Shown one piece after another: positions 20,302 through 29,038 of a stretch of 64,000 bases of DNA (the first letter of the stretch is position 1; every line of letters starts with the position of its first letter). The translations under genes were made by a program, and so were the position numbers. The stretch comes from an uncultured Acidobacteriota bacterium (GTDB lineage Bacteria > Acidobacteriota > Thermoanaerobaculia > UBA5066 > Gp7-AA6). Location of the stretch: the NCBI GenBank assembly GCA_963825175.1, contig CAWGSA010000002.1, forward strand, positions 2,270,346 to 2,334,345. Direction: 5' to 3'. The notes beneath the pieces are model-generated. The model was not told the origin of the DNA and ran no database searches. It saw only the letters and a program-made list of their open reading frames with translations.

Positions 20302-21410
20302 TTCCCCTCTCCCGCGCAACGGTGACGCCGGAAATGAAGCAGGCGATGCTCGACGTCGTCGACTCGGGGGTCTTCATCCTCGGCCCCGAGACGCGGGCCT
20401 TCGAGCAGGAGTTTGCCCGATCCATCGGCGTGCGCCATGCCGTGGCCGTCTCGCAGGGGACGTCCGCCATCCAGCTCTCTCTCCTGGCCATCGGGGTCCG
20501 CCCCGGCGACGAGGTGCTGGTTCCCGCGATGACCGCCTTCCCCACGATCGAAGGGATCGTGCACGCCGGTGCCACGCCGGTGTTCGCGGATATCGACGCC
20601 TTCGGCGCCATCGACCCCGGCGACGCGGCCAGGCGCCTGTCCCCGCGCACAATCGGGATCCTGCCGGTGCACCTGTACGGAGGCTCCGCCGACCTGCAGG
20701 CCCTGGCGTCGCTGGCCGCGGACCACAATCTCTGGATTGTGGAGGACTGCTGCCAGGCCCATGGAGCCCGGTTCCGGGAGAAGGCCGTGGGCGCGGTCGG
20801 CCGGGCCGGCTGCTTTTCCTTCTATCCTTCGAAGAACCTGACGGTCTTCGGCGACGGCGGCATGGTCACCACCGACGAGGACGCGATCGCGGACCGCGTG
20901 CGGCTCCTGCGCGACCACGGGCGGATCGACAAGTCCACCCATGCCGTCGTTGGCTTCAACCTGCGCTTCAACGAGATCCAGGCGGCGGTGGGGCGAAGGC
21001 AGCTTGCGCTGCTGGAGGAGTTCGTCGCGCGGCGGCGCCGGATCGCAGGGCGGTACGACGAAAGCCTCAACGAGATCGCGGGCGTCGGCATCCCTCGCGA
21101 ACGGCCCGGCACGCGGATGTCTTACCACCTCTACCCCATTGCGCTCGACAGCGAAACCACGCGGGACGGACTGCGGGATCACCTGAAGCGCCGGGGAATC
21201 GAGACCGGTATCCACTACCCGATCCCCAATCATCTCCAGCCGGCGATGTCGCAACGCGGCCACCCTCCGTCGCTGCCGGCGTCGGAAACCCTGGCCAAGA
21301 CGACCCTCTCCTTGCCGATGTTTCCAGGTCTCTCGGACGAAGACGTCGAGACGGTGATCGGCGCGATCGCCGAGTGTTTCGGCCAGGGCGCCGCTCTCAA
21401 GGCGCCGTAG
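20298..21410 (+). CDS. DegT/DnrJ/EryC1/StrS-family PLP aminotransferase (GnnB/WbpE-like)
   Basis: PSKNLTVFGDGGMVTTDE (PLP-lysine region), FNLRFNEIQAAVG, HYPIP. The ATG at 20298 overlaps the upstream stop. The 617-aa track ORF 19557..21410 is an over-extension. Confidence 0.8.
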   Translation: MIPLSRATVTPEMKQAMLDVVDSGVFILGPETRAFEQEFARSIGVRHAVAVSQGTSAIQLSLLAIGVRPGDEVLVPAMTAFPTIEGIVHAGATPVFADIDAFGAIDPGDAARRLSPRTIGILPVHLYGGSADLQALASLAADHNLWIVEDCCQAHGARFREKAVGAVGRAGCFSFYPSKNLTVFGDGGMVTTDEDAIADRVRLLRDHGRIDKSTHAVVGFNLRFNEIQAAVGRRQLALLEEFVARRRRIAGRYDESLNEIAGVGIPRERPGTRMSYHLYPIALDSETTRDGLRDHLKRRGIETGIHYPIPNHLQPAMSQRGHPPSLPASETLAKTTLSLPMFPGLSDEDVETVIGAIAECFGQGAALKAP

Positions 21411-23271
21411 CCGCGTTCTCCGCTTCCCGGCGGCCCCGAATCCATCGCCGGTACCACGCCTCGAGGTTCAAGAGCAGCCAGAGTTTGTTGTGGCGCCTCT
21501 GCGAGCTTCCCTCGACCAGGGCGCGCAGCGGCCGGGCCCGCACCAACCCGTCCGCGGCGAGGTCTCCCTTCTCCAGGATCGAGAGCGCCGTGTCGCGGTT
21601 GGCCCCCGAGACCCACCGCTTGAAGGGCGGAGAGAACCCGGCCTTGCTCCTCGTCAGGATCGCTTCCGGCAGCCATGGCCGAATCGCCTCCCGGAACGCG
21701 ATCTTGGTGGAGCCCGGAAAGACCAGCCGCTCCGGCGGCAGCGAAAATGCGTACTCCACGAGCTGGCGATCGAGCAGCGGGACGCGCGCCTCCAGGCCGA
21801 CGGCCATGGTCGACCGGTCGACCTGCATCAGGCCGTTGTCGGGAAGATAGGTGTGGACGTCCAGATACAGGAGCCGGTGGGCCAGCGGAAGGTCGGGGCG
21901 GTCGAACTTCCGGAAGAGCCACGCCGGATCCTCCGGCGCGCGGCCCGCCACGAGAGCCTGCTCGGCCGCGGTGAAGAATCCCCGCACCGGATAGTAGCGA
22001 TCGATGAACTCTCTCCCCGTGACGCGCGCCGCTCCGGCCAGTCGGGCAAGGCGCGGGCGCGCCGCGAGCGGTCCCAGGATGCCCCGATCGACCGCAGACA
22101 ACACCGGCCGGAACACGGCCAGGTTCTGACGCATCCGCTCGTACCGCATGACCGTCTCGTGCCATCCGTAGCCGCCGAAGATCTCGTCTCCGCCGTCGCC
22201 GGTCAGCACGACCTTGACCTCCGGCCTGGCCAGCGCCGCGACCTCGGCCACGGCCAGGGCGCTCGAATCGTAGAGCGGCTCGTCGTAGACCTCCGCGGCG
22301 CGAGCCAGGGCTCCGGCCAGGTCGCCGATCTCGACGATGCGTTCCGTGTGCTTCGTCCGGAACGCTGCCGCGGCGATACGGGCGTGCTCGAGATCGCTCC
22401 GGTCGCCGTCGCGGTACGCGATGGTATAGGTCGGCAGGCCGGGGGTGGCTTGGGCCGCGCGGCCGACGACGGTGGACGAATCGAGCCCGCCCGAGAGGAA
22501 CGCTCCGACCGGCACGTCGGACACCAGGTGGGATCGCACCGCGCGATCCAGCCGTTCGCGCAGCTCCTCCGGGTCGTCGCGGACGCTCTGCCTCTCGAGC
22601 CTCCAGAAGGAAGCGACCTCCACGCGCCCGCTTTCTGCGTCGAAGATCAGCCGATGGGCGGCGGGGAGCTTGAAGATGCCGGCGAAGATCGAGCGATCGT
22701 CCGGAACGTATCCGTACGAGAGAAAATCCGAGAGCGCGGTCGGGTCCGGACGCGCGGAAACACCGGGGAGCGCCAAGAGCGCCTTGGGCTCGGACGCGAA
22801 GGCCAGTCCCCGCGGCAGCCTGGTCCAGTACAAGGGCTTGATTCCGATTCGGTCCCTGGCCAGGAGGAGCCGTCGCTCACGCTCGTTCCAAAGTGCCAGG
22901 GCGAACATGCCCTCGACGCGGGAGAGCGCTTCGTCTCCGTCGCGCCTCAATAGCCGATGAACCACCTCGCCGTCGCTCTGGGAGACGAAGCGCTCTCCGG
23001 CCGCCTCCAGCTCCTCGCGCAGCGAGCGGAAGTTGTAGACCTCGCCGTTATGGATGAAGGCGGACCCGCCGTCGGGAGCGACCGATGGCTCCTCTCCCCG
23101 GATGGACGGATCGAGAATGGCCAGCCGCCGGTGGCCGAGCATGGCCCGCCCGTCCGGCGAGAGCCACCGTCCACTCCCGTCGGGCCCGCGGCGCCGCAGA
23201 GTGGAGATCGCGCGGTCCAGGGCCTCCGCGTCGATCCGCTCGACGGAGATCCAACCGGCGATGCCGCACAT
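21397..23271 (-). CDS. asnB: Asparagine synthase (glutamine-hydrolysing), AsnB family
   Basis: N-terminal MCGIAGW (Cys2 class-II amidotransferase) and the PP-loop SGGLDSS. 624 aa. Its 3' end overlaps the convergent aminotransferase by 14 nt. Confidence 0.85.
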   Translation of the reverse strand: MCGIAGWISVERIDAEALDRAISTLRRRGPDGSGRWLSPDGRAMLGHRRLAILDPSIRGEEPSVAPDGGSAFIHNGEVYNFRSLREELEAAGERFVSQSDGEVVHRLLRRDGDEALSRVEGMFALALWNERERRLLLARDRIGIKPLYWTRLPRGLAFASEPKALLALPGVSARPDPTALSDFLSYGYVPDDRSIFAGIFKLPAAHRLIFDAESGRVEVASFWRLERQSVRDDPEELRERLDRAVRSHLVSDVPVGAFLSGGLDSSTVVGRAAQATPGLPTYTIAYRDGDRSDLEHARIAAAAFRTKHTERIVEIGDLAGALARAAEVYDEPLYDSSALAVAEVAALARPEVKVVLTGDGGDEIFGGYGWHETVMRYERMRQNLAVFRPVLSAVDRGILGPLAARPRLARLAGAARVTGREFIDRYYPVRGFFTAAEQALVAGRAPEDPAWLFRKFDRPDLPLAHRLLYLDVHTYLPDNGLMQVDRSTMAVGLEARVPLLDRQLVEYAFSLPPERLVFPGSTKIAFREAIRPWLPEAILTRSKAGFSPPFKRWVSGANRDTALSILEKGDLAADGLVRARPLRALVEGSSQRRHNKLWLLLNLEAWYRRWIRGRREAENAATAP

Positions 23272-23273
23272 GA

Positions 23274-23363
23274 CGCGTGAGGCGCGAGGGGTTAGGCGTG
23301 AGGCGTGGAAAGGCCGAGACCAGTGCTTCGCCTCACGCCTTACGCCTTACGCCTTACCTCACG
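23274..23363. repeat. Inverted tandem-heptamer element: (GCGTGAG)-type units, 22-nt core, (CCTCACG/CCTTACG)x4
   Basis: It fills the interval between the stop of the small membrane gene (23359) and the asnB ATG (23271). The right array contains that stop codon. Confidence 0.7.
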
Positions 23364-23553
23364 AGGGGAACGGATACATCAGCCACGCGACCAGGAGGCC
23401 TCCCAGCACGAGCGCCCCGAAGATCTTCGCGAAGAGACGCAGGCGCTCCGCTGTCTGGTTGCCCCACAGGACGGAAAAGAAGACCGAGACGAGCAGGGCG
23501 AACAGGGTCATGATCAGGAAGTGATCGACCGGGAAGAGAACGGCGAGCGCCAT
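23359..23553 (-). CDS. Small two-TM membrane protein (64 aa)
   Basis: MALAVLFPVDHFLIMTLFALLVSVFFSVLW...GALVLGGLLVAWLMYPFPS. Its ATG overlaps the stop of the upstream membrane gene. Confidence 0.4.
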   Translation of the reverse strand: MALAVLFPVDHFLIMTLFALLVSVFFSVLWGNQTAERLRLFAKIFGALVLGGLLVAWLMYPFPS

Positions 23554-23945
23554 CACGATTTCCTTCCCGAGGCGATGTCGAAGGCGTCGAGCATCAGAAG
23601 CAGGTTCATCAGCCCGGCCGTGAGGAGGAACGCGCAGCCGTATTCGTAGGTCACGGCCAGGATGGCTCCCCGCGGGTTCTCCACCAGAAGCCGCGCCGCG
23701 ATGTTGAGCAGCCCCGATCCGAAAACGGCGAACGTTGCCAGCAGCGTCAGGGGCGCCCCCTGCTCGGGGACATAGAGCCGGCCCTGGAAAGAGAGGCCGA
23801 AGACGAAGGTCAGGGTTACGACCGCGGCGTACAGGAGCGCGCGCTGGCGGCGCCCGAGGTAGAAGTGCCCGAGACCGGGAAAGATCCACGCCAGAATGAC
23901 AGCCGTCCAGGCCCTGGCGGAGGCCTTCGGCGTCTCGGCCGTCAA
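23553..23945 (-). CDS. Membrane protein (about 130 aa, 4 TM), probable TTG start overlapping the HIT-gene stop
   Basis: Hydrophobic core AWTAVILAWIFPGLGHFYLG..LLYAAVVTLTFVFGLSF..LLATFAVFGSGLL. The N-terminal 140 aa of track ORF 23553..24371 are probably not translated. Confidence 0.4.
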   Translation of the reverse strand: MTAETPKASARAWTAVILAWIFPGLGHFYLGRRQRALLYAAVVTLTFVFGLSFQGRLYVPEQGAPLTLLATFAVFGSGLLNIAARLLVENPRGAILAVTYEYGCAFLLTAGLMNLLLMLDAFDIASGRKS

Positions 23946-24442
23946 GCCGCCCCCCCGGCGAACAGAGGCGCCAGTCGCCGGCTGGTTGCCGACAGCTCTT
24001 CCGGGACGACGCGCACCCCCGCGGCGACCGTCATGAAATTGGTGTCCCCCTTCCACCGGGGCACGACATGCACGTGGTAGTGCTCGAGCACTCCCGCTCC
24101 CGCCGCGGCCCCGAGATTGATCCCGATGTTCAGTCCGTCCGTGTGGTAGGTCTGCGTCAGGATCTGCTCGGCCCGGGCCACTGTCTGGATCAGCTCGGCG
24201 AGCGTCTCGCCGTCCGAGCTGGAGAGGCCGGCCTCGTGGCGATAGGGAGCGACCATGACGTGCCCGTTGGTGTACGGAAAGCGATTCAGAATCACGAACA
24301 CTCTCTTCCCCCGGTACACCACGAGCGAATCCTCGGTCGGCGAGGACGCCGCGGCTTCGCAAAAGATGCACTGGCCCGACTTATCCGACACCAGATACTC
24401 GTAGCGCCAGGGCGCGAAAAGAACGTCGGGGCTAACCGGCAT
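23942..24442 (-). CDS. HIT-family nucleotide hydrolase/transferase (Ap4A phosphorylase / GalT-like branch)
   Basis: Histidine triad HYHVHVVPR, with FAPWRYEY..CIFC and NRFPYTNGHVMV. Confidence 0.6.
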   Translation of the reverse strand: MPVSPDVLFAPWRYEYLVSDKSGQCIFCEAAASSPTEDSLVVYRGKRVFVILNRFPYTNGHVMVAPYRHEAGLSSSDGETLAELIQTVARAEQILTQTYHTDGLNIGINLGAAAGAGVLEHYHVHVVPRWKGDTNFMTVAAGVRVVPEELSATSRRLAPLFAGGAA

Positions 24443-24444
24443 GG

Positions 24445-24720
24445 CTACCGATTGATGAGCTCCTTCAATTCCTTGCCCGGCTTGAAGTAGGGAATCTTCT
24501 TGGCCGGAACGGCGACCTTGACGCCGGTCTTCGGATTCCGGCCCATACGGGCTCCTCGCTCGCGCAGGCGGAACGAGCCGAAACCGCGCAGCTCGATCTT
24601 CTGGCCGTCCTTGAGCGACTTCACGATCGCGTCGAACACCGTGTCCACGATGGTCTCTGCTTGTTTCTTGGTGACGTCCGTCGCCACCGCCACACGCTCG
24701 ATCAGTTCGGCTTTCGTCAT
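24445..24720 (-). CDS. ihfB: HU/IHF-family DNA-binding protein (IHF beta-like)
   Basis: MTKAELIERVAVATDVTKKQAETIVDTVFDAI...GFGSFRLRERGARMGRNPKTG, 91 aa, directly downstream of rpsA as in the conserved cmk-rpsA-ihfB block. ATG at 24718-24720. The rest of the 162-aa track ORF is spurious. Confidence 0.8.
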   Translation of the reverse strand: MTKAELIERVAVATDVTKKQAETIVDTVFDAIVKSLKDGQKIELRGFGSFRLRERGARMGRNPKTGVKVAVPAKKIPYFKPGKELKELINR

Positions 24721-24766
24721 TCCGGCGTCTCCTGAGACTCCCGTCGCGCGAGTCCGGTTCTTCCCG

Positions 24767-26545
24767 CTATTCCTTGGACCCGGAGTCTTCCGCTTTCTTG
24801 CGGGAGCGCTTCTTTTTCGGCGCGGGGGACTCTGCCGCCGGCTCCGCGGGAGGCTCCGCGGGAGGCTCCGCCGTCTCGGCCGGAGGGGGTAGCGCCTCCG
24901 CGGCTGCTTCCGCGCCGACCGCGGAGAGGCCAACCTTCATCTCGGCGTCATCGATGCGGAGGATTCGGGCGCGGACGGACGATCCTTCCTGAAAGTGTTC
25001 CTGGGGCTTGGCGCCGCGGGAAAGACCGGTTTCCGAGACGTGCATCAGACCTTCGACCAGGCCGTCGATCTGGACGAAGACGCCGAAATCCGCCACCCGC
25101 GTCACCGTTCCTTCGACGACTTCGCCCACCTCGTGCTTCTCCTTGAACGCCTGCCAGTCGTTGGGCTGAAATTCCTTGATGGAGAGGGAAATGCGGCGAT
25201 TCTCCTGATCGATCGACGTGATGATCGCGTCGACGTCGTCCCCTTTCTTGAGGACCTCGGACGGATGCTTGATGCGCTTGGTCCAGGACATGTCCGAGAC
25301 GTGGACCAGACCGTCCACGCCCTCTTCGATCTCGACGAACGCGCCGAAGTCCGTCAGATTCCGCACCTTCCCGTGCACCCGGCTCCCGACCGAGTACTTT
25401 TCCACCACGGTGTCCCAGGGATCGGGGAGCGTGTCCTTGAGCGAGAGCGAAATGCGGCGGGCTTCCGGATTGACGTCAGAGACCACGGCCTCGACGGTGT
25501 CTCCGGGGGAGACGACCTTGGACGGATTTTTCACCTTCTTCGACCACGACATCTCCGAAACATGGACCAGGCCTTCCACGCCTTCCTCCAATTCCACGAA
25601 GGCGCCGTAGTCGGTGACGTTTGTCACGCGCCCGGTCACGCGCGAGCCGGGCGGATAACGCTCCGGCACATGCGACCAGGGATCCTCGGTGAGCTGCTTG
25701 GTTCCGAGCGAGACGCGCTCCGTCTCCCGGTCGAACTTCAAGACGACGACGTCGATCTCGTCGCCGACCTTGACCAGGTCCGACGGGTGGTTGACGCGCC
25801 CCCACGACATGTCGGTGACATGGAGCAATCCGTCCAGGCCGCCCAGGTCGACGAAGGCGCCGTAGTCGGTCAGGTTCTTGACCACACCGCGCAGGACCCG
25901 GCCCTCTTCCAGAAGCTGCAGGGTTTCCTTCTTCTTTGCTTCCTGCTCGATCTCGACGACAGCCTTGCGCGACAGCACGATGTTGCCCCGCTTCTTGTCG
26001 ACCGAGATGACCTTGAACTCGAGCTCCTTGCCCCGCAGTGCCTCGAGGTTCTTGACCGGTTTGACGTCCACCAGCGAGCCCGGCAGGAACGCCTTCACGC
26101 CGATGTCGACGGCCAGACCTCCCTTGATCCGATCGATGACGCGGCCCTTCACGGTCGAGCCCGAGCGGTACGATTTCTCGACTTCGTCCCACACCTTCAT
26201 CTTCTCGGCTTTGTCCTTGGACAGGACGACGTAGCCGTTCTGGTCTTCGGTGCGCTCGAGCAGGACATCGACCGCATCGCCGGGATGAACCATCACCGTT
26301 CCGGAGAAATCGGTGAATTCGGAGATCGGAATGATGCCTTCCGATTTGTAGCCGATATCGACGATGACTTCGGAGGGAGTGACCGAGAGAACTCGCCCTC
26401 GGATGATCTGGCCTTCCTGCAGGTTCTTGAAGGAGTTCTCGTACTGGGCCAGGAGATGCTCGTATTCCTGGGGCGATAGTTCCTGATCTACTTCCATTGA
26501 ATCGGTTTCCCGACCTCCTTTGTCCTTTTCAGCCGTCATGGGCAA
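24767..26545 (-). CDS. rpsA: 30S ribosomal protein S1
   Basis: Six S1 domains (repeated GxV..V.DFGAFV..GLVH(V/I)S(E/D)MSW motifs) and a C-terminal basic tail. The start may be an internal Met. Confidence 0.9.
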   Translation of the reverse strand: MPMTAEKDKGGRETDSMEVDQELSPQEYEHLLAQYENSFKNLQEGQIIRGRVLSVTPSEVIVDIGYKSEGIIPISEFTDFSGTVMVHPGDAVDVLLERTEDQNGYVVLSKDKAEKMKVWDEVEKSYRSGSTVKGRVIDRIKGGLAVDIGVKAFLPGSLVDVKPVKNLEALRGKELEFKVISVDKKRGNIVLSRKAVVEIEQEAKKKETLQLLEEGRVLRGVVKNLTDYGAFVDLGGLDGLLHVTDMSWGRVNHPSDLVKVGDEIDVVVLKFDRETERVSLGTKQLTEDPWSHVPERYPPGSRVTGRVTNVTDYGAFVELEEGVEGLVHVSEMSWSKKVKNPSKVVSPGDTVEAVVSDVNPEARRISLSLKDTLPDPWDTVVEKYSVGSRVHGKVRNLTDFGAFVEIEEGVDGLVHVSDMSWTKRIKHPSEVLKKGDDVDAIITSIDQENRRISLSIKEFQPNDWQAFKEKHEVGEVVEGTVTRVADFGVFVQIDGLVEGLMHVSETGLSRGAKPQEHFQEGSSVRARILRIDDAEMKVGLSAVGAEAAAEALPPPAETAEPPAEPPAEPAAESPAPKKKRSRKKAEDSGSKE

Positions 26546-26629
26546 GAGAGTCCCCTCTCATAAGTATTTGAAGTCCAAAGGCATATCCTAGTGCGGCCCG
26601 GCGAGTCGAGTCAAATGCGGCCCGGCCCC

Positions 26630-27307
26630 CTAGGCGCCCGCCCGTACGCGCGCCTCCAGCTCCTCGACGATGTCCTCGACCCCCCTGGCGGCCGTGTCGA
26701 CCAGGAAATACCGGTCATCGCAAGTCAGGGGCGAGTCGGCCCGGGTGCGGTCGGCCCGGTCCCGGTCGTTCATTTCGGCCAGGACCGATTCGAGCGGCTG
26801 CGGCGTGCCCCGGTCCTCGAGCTCGCGAAAGCGCCTTTGCGCCCGGACTTCGGGAGACGCGGTCAGAAAGAACCTGAACGGCGTGTCGGGAAAGACCTTG
26901 GTGCCTATGTCCCGGCCCTCCATGACCCCTCCCCGGGCCGCCGCCAGGCGCCGCTGCTCCGCGACCATCCGCCGACGGACGCCCGGCAGAGCGGACACGG
27001 CCGAGGCATACAGGGAGACTTCCGGCCGCCGGATCTCTTCGGAAAGGTCTTTCCCGTTGACCACGACCCGGGCCCCCTGGTCGCTCGGGACGAGCTCGAT
27101 GGTCAGTGTCTCGGCGAGTCCGACGACACGCTCGGGGTCGGAAATCGGGAGGGGAATCCCCGCCTCGCGCGCCGCCAGGCCCACGGCGCGGTACATCGCT
27201 CCGGTGTCGATATACGGCACCCCCAGCCGCCGGGCCAGGGCCCGGGCCACCGTGGACTTGCCGGCGCCGGAAGGCCCGTCGATGGCGACGATCAGGCGGG
27301 CGGTCAT
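26630..27307 (-). CDS. cmk: Cytidylate kinase
   Basis: MTARLIVAIDGPSGAGKSTVARALARRLGVPYIDTGAMYRAV. It lies upstream of rpsA. Confidence 0.9.
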   Translation of the reverse strand: MTARLIVAIDGPSGAGKSTVARALARRLGVPYIDTGAMYRAVGLAAREAGIPLPISDPERVVGLAETLTIELVPSDQGARVVVNGKDLSEEIRRPEVSLYASAVSALPGVRRRMVAEQRRLAAARGGVMEGRDIGTKVFPDTPFRFFLTASPEVRAQRRFRELEDRGTPQPLESVLAEMNDRDRADRTRADSPLTCDDRYFLVDTAARGVEDIVEELEARVRAGA

Positions 27308-28107
27308 TTGGGACGGGGTCCGCGTTTGGATGCCGGAGTGTCCCCCGCTCTCCCACTCCCCCCCTCTCCCCCTCCGAGGCTCGAACGCAGCGCCCGCACC
27401 TCCGCCTCGGTGAGCCTTCGCACCGCGCCCACCGGCAGCCGCTCATCGCGGATCGGGCCGACTGCAACCCGGCGCAGCTTCGAGACGGGATGGCCGATGG
27501 TCTCGAACATGCGGCGGATCTGCCGGGTTCTTCCTTCGCGCAGCTCGACGCGCAGCCAGCTGTTGCCCTCTTCCCGGCCGCGGGTGGTCGACAGCCTCTC
27601 GATCAAGGCCGGCCGCGTCCGCTGGCCGTCGAGGAAGATCCCCCGCCGCAGTCGTTCGAGGTCCTTCTCGGACGGCACTCCGGACACCTTCACGCGATAC
27701 TCCTTGGGACAGCCCGTCGAGGGATGCGTGACGAGTCGGGCCAGGTCACCGTCGTCGGTCAAGAGGAGCAGCCCCTCCGTCTGCACGTCCAGCCGGCCCA
27801 CCGGTTTGACGCCTCGGCGCAGATTGATCGGCAAGAGATCCATGACCGTGTCCCGCCGTTCGGGATCCGAGAGCGCCGTGACGTAGCCCCGCGGCTTGTT
27901 CAAGAGCAGAAAGGTCCTCGCTCCGGCACGGGAGGCCACGCGCTTGCCGTCGACCTTGATCGAGTCGCGCAGGGGATCGGCGCGATCTCCCAGCTGCGCG
28001 AGGCGTCCGTTGAGCCGGACCCGGCCTTCCCGGATCCAGCCCTCCGCTTCCCGCCGTGAAGCGAGGCCGGCCTCGGAAAGGATCTTCTGGAGTCGCGCAG
28101 TCGCCAT
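27304..28107 (-). CDS. rluB: Pseudouridine synthase, RsuA/RluB family
   Basis: N-terminal S4 domain RLQKILSEAGLASRREAEGWIREGRVRLNG and catalytic GRLDVQTEGLLLLTDDG. Confidence 0.8.
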   Translation of the reverse strand: MATARLQKILSEAGLASRREAEGWIREGRVRLNGRLAQLGDRADPLRDSIKVDGKRVASRAGARTFLLLNKPRGYVTALSDPERRDTVMDLLPINLRRGVKPVGRLDVQTEGLLLLTDDGDLARLVTHPSTGCPKEYRVKVSGVPSEKDLERLRRGIFLDGQRTRPALIERLSTTRGREEGNSWLRVELREGRTRQIRRMFETIGHPVSKLRRVAVGPIRDERLPVGAVRRLTEAEVRALRSSLGGGEGGSGRAGDTPASKRGPRPK

Positions 28108-28179
28108 GGTCTGGATCCGGGTCAGCTCGTGAGCCGTCGTCGCAAATTGGCCTTGCGGGCGACGCGAAGCGGCGACGAG

Positions 28180-28920
28180 CTATTCCCCGCCGTCCTCCTC
28201 GTCCTCTGCGTCGTCGTCGCCTTCTTCTTCGTCGTCCTCGTCGTCGTCCCAGTCCTCGTCGTCGGCCTCTTCGGCCGCAGCGGTCACGGCAGGCGCCAGA
28301 GAGGACTCGGGCGCGAGCGCGTCATCGCCGACCGTCGCGGCGAGATCCTCCTCGATCTCTTCGGGCTTGGGCAGCTCCTCGATGTCGTTCAACCCGAACC
28401 GGACCAGGAAGTCCGACGTGGTCCGATAGTAGAAGGGAGTTCCCACCACCGGTTTCTTGCCCGCCGTCGTGACGAGCTTCTTCTCGAACAGCGTCTTCAG
28501 GACGGATGAGGAGTTGACGCCCCGGATCTCCTGGATCTCCGGCAGCGTGATCGGCTGGCGGTAGGCGATGATGGCGAGCGTCTCCAGGGCCGCGAGGGAG
28601 AGGCGGCTCCTCTCGGTCACGTCGTGGAAACGGCGCAGCAGCGAGTCGAACTCCGGCCGGGTGACGAACCGCCATCCCCCCGCGACCTGCTCGAGCCGGA
28701 CGCCGCGCTCGGACGTGTCCGCCGCGGCGGCGAGCGTCGACAACGCCGCCTGGACCGCCTCGCGCGTCGCGTCCAGGACGTCGGCCAGATCCTTCTCCGA
28801 GACCGGCCGGGGAGAGGAGAAGAGCAGAGCCTCCAGGGCCGGCCGGATCCTCTCCGCCCTCGTCTCGCGCGGGCGCTCGGGCTCGGAGGGAGCGCCGGCG
28901 GAGGGCTCGGGTTCTTGCAT
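28180..28920 (-). CDS. scpB: Segregation and condensation protein B
   Basis: ALEALLFSSPRPVSEKDLADVL is the ScpB winged-helix. It has an acidic D/E tail and lies downstream of scpA. Confidence 0.8.
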   Translation of the reverse strand: MQEPEPSAGAPSEPERPRETRAERIRPALEALLFSSPRPVSEKDLADVLDATREAVQAALSTLAAAADTSERGVRLEQVAGGWRFVTRPEFDSLLRRFHDVTERSRLSLAALETLAIIAYRQPITLPEIQEIRGVNSSSVLKTLFEKKLVTTAGKKPVVGTPFYYRTTSDFLVRFGLNDIEELPKPEEIEEDLAATVGDDALAPESSLAPAVTAAAEEADDEDWDDDEDDEEEGDDDAEDEEDGGE

Positions 28921-28940
28921 CGGGGTCTCGGTAGGGAGTT

Positions 28941-29037
28941 CTAGCTAGGACGTTCGACGTTCGAAGGCTTCCGTCCCGACGTTCCGCCTCGCGTTGCGCT
29001 CCGCACAACGTAGAACCTAGCACGTCGAACGTCGCAC
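28941..29037. repeat. Inverted tandem-heptamer element: (GACGTTC)x2, about 55-nt core, (GTCGAAC)(GTCGCAC)
   Basis: It lies in the scpA-stop to scpB-start intergenic region. More ACGTT-type units occur in the core. Confidence 0.6.
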
Positions 29038-29038
29038 T

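Noticed and set aside
19557-21410. 617-aa ORF fusing an N-terminal extension to the DegT aminotransferase
   Set aside because: The N-terminal 245 aa are an out-of-frame reading of the Gfo/Idh/MocA gene. The aminotransferase starts at ATG 20298 with the conserved N-terminal alignment.
26500-26545. Lys/Glu-rich tails (the rpsA C-terminal KKKRSRKKAEDSGSKE and the ScpB acidic tail) as possible assembly artefacts
   Set aside because: Charged low-complexity tails are common on S1 and ScpB in high-GC lineages, and the frames are intact.
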